A stretch of 61,647 bases of DNA, the filler included, from Choristocarpus tenellus KU-1152 (Eukaryota > Protista > Phaeophyceae), in NCBI GenBank assembly GCA_964200185.2. It is 10 parts of 10 records of this genome, joined end to end, with 100 filler letters (N's around TTAATTAATTAA, not from the genome) between each part and the next. Parts side by side here need not be neighbours in the genome. Positions count along the whole stretch, not along the records: positions 27,337 to 42,734 come from CAXNAD020001006.1; positions 42,835 to 45,433 come from CAXNAD020026396.1; positions 45,534 to 54,835 come from CAXNAD020003797.1; 7 more parts are not named here. The stretch is one strand, 5' to 3'. Below are positions 39,657-49,688 of this stretch, piece by piece. Below the pieces are notes generated by a model. That model was given only the letters and a program-made list of their open reading frames with translations. It did not search any database and was not told where the DNA came from. A program made the position numbers and the translations under genes. Every line of letters begins with the position of its first letter. Positions within the stretch are counted from its first letter, which is position 1.

Positions 39657-42169
39657 GTTGTTGTTGTTGTTGCTGTTGGTACATCATGGCAGTAAGGCGT
39701 TACATATATGGTTAGTAGGACAGTAAGGATCTTGACTGAGTACTCATACTTTTAACAATAACACATTATTATGATTATTATTAACAATAACAACAGTAGT
39801 GATGATAAAAATTAATGATATACTATACTATAAAAATTAATGATATACTTCCAGGTGTCTTGCCAGCAGCACTCCAAGCTATTGAGATCAAGTAACCCTG
39901 TTGATAAGGCCAAGGCACAGGGGGTAGAATTGCTCATGGAAAAGCACCCGGCACTCAAGGTGGGATTGGATTCGTCCAGAATGTATTGTCATTAATTTAG
40001 GTTTTGTATAGCATCTCTCTTGAAGTAGCAACATACAACAATAGTAAGTCTCATAATACTGTTGTAATGATATGATGTAGTTTAAGGACCATGTTAGTAC
40101 TTAGGGTTGATAAAATGCCTTACGTCTTTAGTTGGGTCATAGCTGTTAGTAAATATACAAATATTCCAGGACTTGTGGTGTCTCTTTTGGTTGCATAAAT
40201 AATAATAATAATAATAATATAATCTGAGTTTAATTTTTTTAAAAGCTGGTTCGAGAGATGACTGCTGAGCAACCCATGTCTCCCAACAGGTACTTCAAGT
40301 TTGTGCTTATCAATAGTGTTTGTCTAATTATATTTATTCGATAGTATTTAATAGTATTTGTTTGATAATATTTATTCAATAGTATTTATTTATTAATAAT
40401 CAATTTTTTTATTTAATAAAATTTGTTCAATAATATTTGTAGTGTTTATTTAATAATATATTCTTCAATTTTTTTATTTTATAAGACATTGTATTTGACC
40501 TCAATCCTTAAAAGAGCAGTCCACTAGTAGTAATAGTAGCATACATAGATTGATGATATATATACATATTAACATATTAACAGTGGTACTGCTGGTGTGT
40601 AGGTTGTACTAATTTGTGTCTTCCATGTCTTGCTTTGATTCCCTCTTGTTGAGGTCTCATATGTGGATACTACCAGGGATGGTCGCCATTTATCGGTACT
40701 TATCAAGTATGACAAGGCCAAGTCACGCATTGTCAAACAGGTCTGTATTATTAATGCATATAGCCTGTATTATTAGTGTATATAGCCTGTATTATTAGTG
40801 CATATAATAGTAGGTATTGTGCTATTGGTTAGGAGTATTTTTATACTTCTGTGGTATCATTAGCATCTGGTTGTTCTAACTAGTGCCTAATACTCACTTT
40901 GTTTCATCACTTTATTTCATCACTTTATTTGAACAATTTAATAGAACAATTTAGTAGAACAATTTAGTAGAGGAGTGAGGGTTGTATTTCCATGGGTGGA
41001 TTTTCACTCCATTGATGTTTGTAGTGGGTGCTGACACTTTACCTCTTCTCCATTTGTTGATAGTCTAGTCCAAATGTATTAGTAAGAAATGTATTAGTAA
41101 GAAATGGAGTAGTTAATGCCCTTGTCTTCCTCATTAGGTATTATGTTGGTTGCATATGATATCTGATATCCTTGCAATGTTCATATTATCGCCATATCTT
41201 GTGTACAATACATTTTTTGTATTGGTATCAATATTTATCTGTATACCAATGTTGCATACATGTCAATATCCCTAACCCTAGTATGAGGTGGAACTTCCTG
41301 GACCGATACTTGTTGGGGAGGGAAAACCTAACAATCAGAACCATGCAATCATCTTTACAAGGGGGGAAGCAATTCAGGCTATTGACATGAACCAGGATGG
41401 AGGTGAACATCAGAAACAAAATATATTGTATTTTGTACTGCATTTGGTCTCTAATAGGATAGGAAATGCATCACATGATCACAAACTTGATACATGATTC
41501 GATATGTGGTATGTGGATAGTGATTGTGTTGCTTGTATAATAACTATAGATGTACAATAGGTACAAGGTGTAGTTTTAGGGTTAGGGTTAGGGTTAGGGT
41601 TAGGGTTAGGGTGCCTTTTCATTGTTGGTGAGTACTAGAGGTTGTTCTACCTCCAAGCAGTACATCTATAAATTAAATGCTAGTCATCATAGTGTCAAAC
41701 TGTCACTACAACTGTATCTCCAAGGTGACCATTGATGACTTTGTTGTTGACTGACCTTACCAAGAGATGCATCACACCAATTCCTCAGTTGATTATTTAT
41801 TATTTATGTATTAAAGTCCTCTGTATTATACCAGACAATACTTGACTTAGGTCTTCACTATTATACTTGACTTAGGTCTTCACTATTATACTTCACTATT
41901 ATACTTCACTATTATACTTCACTATTATACTTCACTATTATACTTCACTATTATACTTCACTATTATACTTGACTTAGGTCTTCACTATTATACTTCACT
42001 ATTATACTTGTATTGTGTCAATGAAGCGCTTGAGGATGCACTCAAGATCAGGCAGCTGCTGGGAGAGTTTGACTTTAATGCGGGGGGGAACAGGGCCAAG
42101 ATTGTAGGTTTCAGGGAGTTTGTCTTCACGCATGATGTTAGCTCTATTGCCAACTTCTTCAGCCTCCAG
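27491..42169 (+). CDS. 1,3-beta-glucan synthase (callose synthase, FKS1-like, GT48), internal fragment of 19 exons
   Basis: Frame-consistent exons: 27491-27584, 29225-29338, 29612-29718, 31254-31418, 32115-32276, 32905-33031, 33666-33775, 34220-34333, 34994-35072, 36181-36240, 37072-37164, 37620-37739, 38089-38175, 38844-38940, 39261-39349, 39855-39959, 40654-40740, 41282-41402, 42027-42169. Diagnostic motifs: RRIAFFVNSMYM, FSTLTPYYSEEV, LWASYRAQTLARTVRGMMYY, KFTYLVSCQ, LPGPILVGEGKPNNQNHAIIFTRGEAIQAIDMNQD, GFREFVFT. Confidence 0.95.
29877..29966. repeat. 14-bp intronic tandem repeat
   Basis: Unit TTTTARTTAATGTG. Confidence 0.85.
30348..30516. repeat. 16-bp intronic tandem repeat with alternating variants
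   Basis: GATCTTTGTATATAGT and GATCTTTGTCAATAAT. Confidence 0.85.
31655..31840. repeat. About 25-bp intronic tandem repeat
   Basis: Unit ATGATATATAGTCARATATGATTGT. Confidence 0.85.
32267..32408. repeat. 27-bp tandem repeat spanning a splice donor
   Basis: Unit CCATTGAGATGTAAGATAKTATGTTAA, about 5 copies; the first copy holds the exon end and the GTAAG donor at 32277. Confidence 0.9.
33322..33427 (+). repeat. (TTAGGG)n tracts within a 50-bp tandem duplication
   Basis: TTAGGGTTAGGGTTAGGGTTACAATTTAATTGGTAGTTGTTGTAATATA occurs twice. Confidence 0.85.
35683..35889. repeat. 20-bp intronic tandem repeat, about 10 copies
   Basis: Unit GAAGTGAAAYGAATAYGATT. Confidence 0.9.
41576..41611 (+). repeat. 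Intronic (TTAGGG)6
   Basis: Six perfect units. Confidence 0.9.
41838..42009. repeat. 13-bp tandem repeat just upstream of a splice acceptor
   Basis: CTTCACTATTATA units interspersed with CTTGACTTAGGT. Confidence 0.9.
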
Positions 42170-42536
42170 GTGATAAGTCCCTTTAGTGTAGTACCATTTA
42201 TTGTATTTTGTTATGACTTATACCAGTATTGTGTTGTTGGATCACTGCTTGGCCTTGACATGCACAGACTACATGATCTAAATTGTGTTTTATCTTTATG
42301 CGTGTAGAGTATTGTACAGCATTATTTATTATAATTAATAATAATATAATTAGTATTTACAATAATAATAATATTATTAATACTATTAACAACCATGTGC
42401 AGCGCATGTGATTGGTTTTATTTTTCTACCCTGGAGGATTTGAGATTACATCAAAATAGCAACAACTGGTATGGCAGTTGTTGCCACTTGAGTGACTATA
42501 TTTATTTTGGCATCATGATGTGTTGTTTTCACATCA

Positions 42537-42710
42537 AACCCAAAGTGTCTGGGGGGAGGGGAGGGTCTACACCAGGGTGTCCATTTGGGCTGAAATCAGG
42601 AAAAGGGCATTTACATTATCCATCCGATGTATGCAACCAAATCACACATAAATTGTGACATGAAAAAATTGACCCCAATGGACAGCCGCCACCCCCCCCC
42701 CCCCCCCCCC
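42537..42710. mobile_element. MITE family B copy
   Basis: AACCCAAAGTGTCTGGGG..GTCTACACCAGGGTGTCCATTTGGG ... GACCCCAATGGACAGCCGCCACCCC; right end lost near the contig edge. Confidence 0.8.
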
Positions 42711-45700
42711 ACATTTCACCCACCCACCGCTTTCNNNNNNNNNNNNNNNNNNNNNNNNNNNNNNNNNNNNNNNNNNNNTTAATTAATTAANNNNNNNNNN
42801 NNNNNNNNNNNNNNNNNNNNNNNNNNNNNNNNNNGGTAGTGGGGGTAGGTGGGGGTGGTTATGGTGATTGGGGCGAAGAAGGAGGTGGGGTGGGGTGGGC
42901 TGGTTGGGGGTGTGGGGTGGGTAGTGGTGGTGGTGGTGACTGGGGTGGGAGGGGGAGTGAGGGAGTGAGATGGGTTGGGGTGTGGGGGTATAGGGGGTGC
43001 TCCGACCTGTGGAGTGGGGTGGGTGGGGTGTAAGTTTGGCCTGGGATATTGTACGGTGGAAAGAGGTGGATTTGGGCTGCAGTGGCATTATTCAGATGGG
43101 TTATGAGCCCTCCAGGTGGATGTCTTTTGCTGGTAAGAATGGTGTAGGTGCGATTGAAAAGCGTGGGAGTGGGTAGGTGTGTTCCACTGAAGGGGCATGT
43201 GAGAGGGTGGTTGGCATCTTCGCAGAGGTTAACCATGCAATTAATTGAGGTGGAGCGAGCACCGACATGGGAGGGTGCCTTGGTGGTCTGAGGGGAAAGG
43301 CTCTAGACAGCTAGGGCAGGGAGGAAAAGAAGGAGGAGGGGCTGGGGGGTGGGGCGTGGGATGGAGAGTAGGCGGTATGGTGGGATGGCAAAAGGGGTGG
43401 AGAATGATTGTGAGCAGATGGATTCCAGCACGACTTCGGTTCCCAAACTCCTATCCATGGCAGGGTATTAGTGTTCTGGACTGGTAGGGGTGCGGCAGGT
43501 GAGGCACGGGATGGGATGCAGGGGCCTGGCATGGAGGTATAGAGCAGAGGCACATTCCAGATCGAGTGAGTTTGTGCAGGAGAAAGGTAGTACTGGCTGT
43601 TGTATAAAGGAAAAACAGATCGCACAGTGTTCCGGTGTAAGCTGACGTGGTTGTTCGAGTGGTCGTGGGTTGGGGTTACCGGTGGGGGAGGCTGGCCGTC
43701 GAATCCCAGCGACACCTCTTCTCACCATCTCCCCTCTCTCCTCCTCATCGCAGCTGTGTAGGGGCGGCCCCCTCTCCCTGCGATCATTGTCCTGTGCCTC
43801 TACCACCTCTCTATATCCCCATCCCCCTGTGTGCTCGTTCGGATTTCCGTCCGGACTTCACCATACCTCAAAGACAAGACCTGTCCACCGGTTCCCGAAC
43901 AAGAGTGGTGTGCTCTTCTTATGTTCCTCCCTCGCCTGTGCCTATTTCGTGGGCTGCCATCCCCAACCTCGATCACGTTTGATATATATATTGTTGTATA
44001 ATTCTTGTGGCAATACGGTGAAAAAGACAAGATTGTCACTAAGGGTGAAGGTACTCCTACCACTTTACTACATTCCTACCAGAATTCTCCTTCTCAGGGC
44101 ATCTTCTATACGCACGTTCTATTTTGCTGTTCTGTTTTGCTGTATGGTTTTGCTTTTTGCTGAAAATCTGAATGGGAAAAAGAGAACTAGAAAAATGTGA
44201 TTGAAGCAAGTTATGTGCAAAATACCTTGAGAGGTAATGCTATTTCTCAGTAGTGAAGATAAGAGAGTGTGAAGCCTCACACGACCCCGTTTGCTGAACG
44301 TGAAAAAAAATGGATGGTTGAAATTTAGAAGAATGACCTTTGTGTGTGGTGTCTTCTCATTGCTTGTTTATTATTTATTTGTGCTTCACATACATAAGTC
44401 CACGGTTATGTCAAAGTAGTTGAATGCAGAATAAAAAACCAGATATATTCCCATTCATAATCCAGATGTGCTATCTCATTAGTTACATCTCTCATACAAA
44501 AAATAAGGTACACCTCTCTATTGTCCTACTTTGCACAAGTTATACGACAGATTTCATTTTGATTATGCCGATGCCTTGTATTGTACAAGACCTTCCAATA
44601 TCACCATCACACCACTCCACCTCAACATCTAACCCTCGAAAGCCACTACCGATACAAGATTCTTGAAACACTGAATCATGGCTTTTGAGGATGCGATCAC
44701 GGGCATAGACTTCGAGCTGAATGCTGCAGTGTCATGGGTACTGAGGAGACTGAAGAACGTGTGCGGTTCAAAGATGAAGACAGCCCAATTGAAGTCGTAC
44801 CTAGCAGTTCCCATCGCCTATGCTGCGAGGTCCTTGAAGGAATGCGGAAGCACATTTTCACGGAATTCGAGACATACCTTGGCAACACAAGCATATACAT
44901 GGAAGTGGCGGTCCCTGGATTCTTCAAGTGGTTAGGAGAGGTAGCCCCAGACTTGACCCCCCCGACTCTTACGAAGGAAGTGTTGGTGCAAATAACCTTG
45001 GAAATCGGGAAGAAGACCATTCCAAAAACATTCCTAAGTGTAAACACTTCGATATGGTCCAGGTGAACTAAGGCGCAAAATATTGTCGTATCCCCCTCTG
45101 GCTGATGACGTAAGTATGACATTAGATGTTGCTTGAGCTCCTGCTGTATTGCATTTCACTCTCGTAGGTTACACACCTGAAATCCATAATCACAACACTC
45201 AATGGGGAGTATCTTAACATACGCACATCCAGCACTTTTCTTGCTTCCCAGTCTTGTTCCCGGAGGAAAGTGATAGTCTGGCGAGTAGGAGACGGACTGT
45301 TACAGGTGAATAGCGCGAGCGCTTCTTCTTGTATTTCAACGAAGTGCAAGCGTTTGTTACACGGGAATAGCGCGAAAATGTTCTTCTTATGTTTCAGGAA
45401 ATACGAACATTTGTAACAGACGTAGAGTGTGAGNNNNNNNNNNNNNNNNNNNNNNNNNNNNNNNNNNNNNNNNNNNNTTAATTAATTAANNNNNNNNNNN
45501 NNNNNNNNNNNNNNNNNNNNNNNNNNNNNNNNNGTCTGCTCTACCCAACTGCAAAAAAAAAAAAAAAAGCAGCTCCAACTTCTAATGTGGTCTCCACCAT
45601 CACACGACTATCACGCTCTACACAAGTTTCAAAAAAGGAAAACATCACAGCTCAATCATAATAAATAAGGTACACCTGGTCGACATCAATCAGTAGTTAC

Positions 45701-46478
45701 GGCAGACAGAGACGCTATATCAGGCGTGCGTACCCTTTGCTTGAACCCCACGTCCTGGATGCCTGCAAAAAACATAAACTATACTGTACGAAATACTAAA
45801 TCCCAAAATCGATTTTTTGAAAACGTACTTTCAATTACGCTTATTTTAAAGTCGTTTTTTTTTTTAGCAAGTAAAGATCAACTTGAATCGAATAAATATT
45901 TCAGTCCTTTCCAACAACCCCACAAAGACAGGTATAGGAAATATAAAGAAACATTAAAAAAAGAAGAGAAATGATTATCTGAATGCACAGAAGGGCGGCG
46001 GGTATTGATGCACCTGCTTGTGAGGGGTATGCTAACAAAATGTGCTTCTCTTATTTTCTCCCCAACAACTCAATTTCTTAGTGCTGTGGCGAGAGGGGAA
46101 GCTCCCGAAGCAAGGCGCAAGACATGTTGATGACTTGTTAGCGATTTCCTCTCTTGTTGGCCCAGAGATTAAGGGTGGTGAGTATGATTCTCTCAAGGGA
46201 AGGCAGCTGAGGATCAAGGATCGTACGAAAAGACTCCGAGAGTGCAAGTACCTTCCACCTTTACTTTAACAATACAATGAAGCTGTTCATGGGTGAAACA
46301 AAGAAAAAGAAGACCAGCCACGGCAATCTCCTGAGATACCGCACTCAGCACCCCAGTTCCCTCATAAGTCCGTACGAGTCCACATCATGCACAATATTGT
46401 AGGTTGGGAGCCCAAATTCTGACAGCACCCTGCAGTACAAAATACTCTTGATTCTGCCTCCGTGTTAACATGGTATAC

Positions 46479-48181
46479 CTCGGGGTCACTGAGGATGCTT
46501 GTGAGCTGCCGCAGGTGTTTGGGTCTGAGCAGGTGTGCAATGTCCACCATGGCTTCGGAGCAGAGAAGTCTTATTGCCTCCGGCTCCACCTTGAGGAACT
46601 CCACGCCATCAGGACCACGAACTATGCTAACACCATCCGAACTGAGTTTCCGGTACTACGGGAGGGAGGGGGGTACAAGGAGGGCGGGAACGTACTCCAT
46701 GTCAAGTCCTTGTCCTAAGGAACGGAAAAAATGTGTTGATTGGGTGGTGGACGAGAGAACATAGTAACGGGATGTCTGTTTGTTTGTGGATAAAAATGGA
46801 GAGTGCAACAATTCTTGCTTTACAATTGGCCATCCAATTAATCTTGTTGAATTTTTCTGAGGAAAATACTCCAAGACATACAACGGTCTATGCCACCAAG
46901 GCGACACAAGTTGAAGTGCCTCACCCAGCAGGAACGCATCGAGTACGACACTGCCACTCACCCTGCAGTGTCTGACCAAAAAACTTATCGTGAACAGCCA
47001 CACTGCAAAATCATGCCATACGATCTATAACGTACATCAAATCAGCCATTGCCCACGAACTGTGCGCGCATAGAGAGAGCAACTGCCAAGATTACCTCCA
47101 TTGGCTCATCCTCTGGTGTTACACCATACTGAAAGAGGGGTGAGTACTCGAAGGCTGAAGCTGCAGAAAGACAACGCGATGATAATGGTGAAGTTGACTG
47201 GTTGTCTTTGTGGGGATGGGCAGCGATGTGACTTAGTCCAGCGTTCGTCAACAATAGTGTAGGAGAGGCTGCAGGCCGTCTATGCCTCACGAGGATGCCT
47301 TGAACTAGAGCTGCAGTCCGCCTATGTACATGCGAGAAAAGCATCCCTCACAGCCAACCCTTTGCTTTCGATTGCACGGAGCTCGCTTGCCGTGCTGTCA
47401 GTGTAGAAATGGTGTAAAGTTTGGGGAAAAGTGTGATCTGTGAAGGCGTTTATAAAATATGTAACTGCCTGTTCCAACACCCCAACAAAGATACCAACGA
47501 ATACCTGTCTCACACAAGGTACCCGCACCAGTCCAAGCCAGAGCGGGGTCAAAGGTGAGATGGATGTAATGAGCACAACATTTTCTAATCGAATCTCGGG
47601 AGATAATCGTTGATGACAGTGCTTGTGAGCTTGAAATGTGAGAATTGTTGTGTGCACTCCTCTAGCCTTCAGGCTTTGCAAGCGCTTGAGAGAGGTCAGG
47701 GAGGAGTATGATGATCTATAAAGAGTGTAGTGTGCTAATTTATCAGAGGCACCTTCACCTCTATGTTGGAAATGTTGAAACATGGCATAACTCCTGTTGA
47801 TCCTCAATTTCTACAGAGAAAGGTATGGACTGTTTCATTGGTGCTCTAGCACAAAATATACCCCAGATGACATATCTCTTTGGTCCTTAGACCCTCCGCG
47901 GTCGATCGTGGCGATTTGGTCCCGAGAAATCCGATCGGAATATTCTTCGAGAATCCTGATCTCTTTTTTTCTCCACCGACCCATTGCTGCCTTGTCGTCC
48001 AAAACAGATACAGCATTTGGCGGGATCCCTCCTGTTTGATACTCCAGGGAGTTAATTGGTCCTCTAAAAGCCGTTGGAATCTCCACTGAATGCCTCAAAG
48101 TAGGCTAGGGTTTCACTGAGTGGGGTATTGTCACCGACAGCACAGGAGAGACGAGCAAAACAGAGGCAGACATCGCATCAT
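46479..48181 (-). CDS. Class I (Fe-S) fumarate hydratase with probable mitochondrial transit peptide, 3' partial
   Basis: Exons 48181-48135 (tentative start, MMRCLPLFCSSLLCC), 47321-47096 and 46655-46479 splice in frame to give AFEYSPLFQYG..DEPME/YRKLSSDGVSIV..DGVEFLKVEPEAIRLLCSEAMVDIAHLLRPKHLRQLTSILSDPE, matching the FumA-type N-terminus. Upstream peptide is Arg/Ser/Ala/Leu-rich. Confidence 0.88.
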
Positions 48182-48826
48182 CTTCTTATTTGTCGTGTTG
48201 CTGATAATTCGACGCCATGTCAGTAGTAATGGGGGGCAAACGAGGGAGGAACACAACAAACAAACAGGTAAAGAATGTGGAAGCTGGGCAGGGAAAAAAA
48301 TAGGGTTCTTGTCGGATCGTGAAGCTCCCACTTTGCCAACTTTTCTTGCACCTCACATATGATACGATTGTTACACAAATATCATTAGACAAAAATATCT
48401 GAGCCAGGAATATATGTGTACCTTCTTGAAATGGAAAACAAAACTAAAGATAGTTGTCCCACATGCAAGTGGGTGCATCCTTCATCTCTAAAGGGGTCTT
48501 AAAATATATGTTATGTAGACAAAGTCAGTCAATAAAGTATAGCTGGGCGGGTTGGTGGTGTAAGTTGAAGATTCGATTAAATAGAAAATCAGGCACGGAT
48601 GTTGGGTTCTACATATGTCAATAGGAATGTGCCTCCATGTAGTATCTGCATTACAATGTAATTGAGTGGGTTTATAGGGTTGGATATTTGGAGAAATCAG
48701 GTTGAGATGTGGTTAGATGTGCTGATCGAGTGACGGTATATGGTCGAAGTTGCTGTGTGCAGTCTTCATCCTCAATATTATGTTGCTGATGTGGGGACAT
48801 TAAACTTGGTGATCTTCCTGAAGTTA

Positions 48827-49290
48827 GAGCTCAACCAACTGAGAGGTAGGCAAGATTTCATTTTAAGGATACAGAGAAATGGGAGAAATATGCCATCTTG
48901 TACAATTGCAGAAATAGCCTTTGCTGCATTGTGGTTCCACTTTGTGTGTGAAGAGGGGGAATATCAATTCTGTGTGAGTGAAAGTATCTTAGAAGGTACG
49001 AGTTTTGCCCTGTTTGTCCGTTTGGGGCTTGGCTTCCCACGGCGTTTTTGTGACATTTTCCTATTTCGAAATGTTTTGGGACATGTAAAACATACACGTT
49101 TTGGAGAAGCATGTCCAGAACAAGGGTATTTGCACTTCCTAACAAACACGATAGCCAAAATTACATTAAGATCGCAACATTGGATTTTGGCCCCAAATGG
49201 ATGCGGCCCCACCCTCTAACATACTTTGACTCTGTGCACTGTTGCACAGATATAACAATGACGTAGAATGTAATGCACAGGGTAAGAAGC
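48827..49290. mobile_element. MITE family C copy interrupted by a family A insertion
   Basis: GAGCTCAACCAACTGAGAGGTAGGCAAG...GGGGAATATCAATTCTGTGT, then element A, then TGTGCACTGTTG...TGCACAGGGTAAGAAG; colinear with 7090-7350. Confidence 0.8.
48976..49232. mobile_element. MITE family A, full-length, nested in family C
   Basis: GAGTGAAAGTATCTTAGAAGGTA ... CCCTCTAACATACTTTGACTC; TSD TGT. Confidence 0.9.
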
Positions 49291-49688
49291 ACAAGCCATC
49301 TCTCCTTTGAGACCCGTTTGTCAAAAAGAGGTGTAGAGCGGAGGGCAATTTGGACAGTGGTTGTTAGTATGATTGTCCTCATTCAGGAAACCGAAGATGA
49401 TCTAATTTAGAGGGCCATAGCAAGTGATCGAACCGGTGATAGAAGCCTTCCTGTGGGAATAAATGTATTATACCCTAGAGAAATTTGGAAGCTGCAGGAG
49501 GTCACCAGAAACCTGTAATACGTACCTACATTGGACTGTCATAGCACATAGCGATATTTTGTGAGAGGAGAATGAACGGAATGAACGGCATCAATAAAAT
49601 TAGAAATACTTGTTGACATTGAGTAATACTAATCACTCTCGAGCTCAAGGTGCAAAATTTCCAAGATGCACTAGATGCAGAGGGATTA

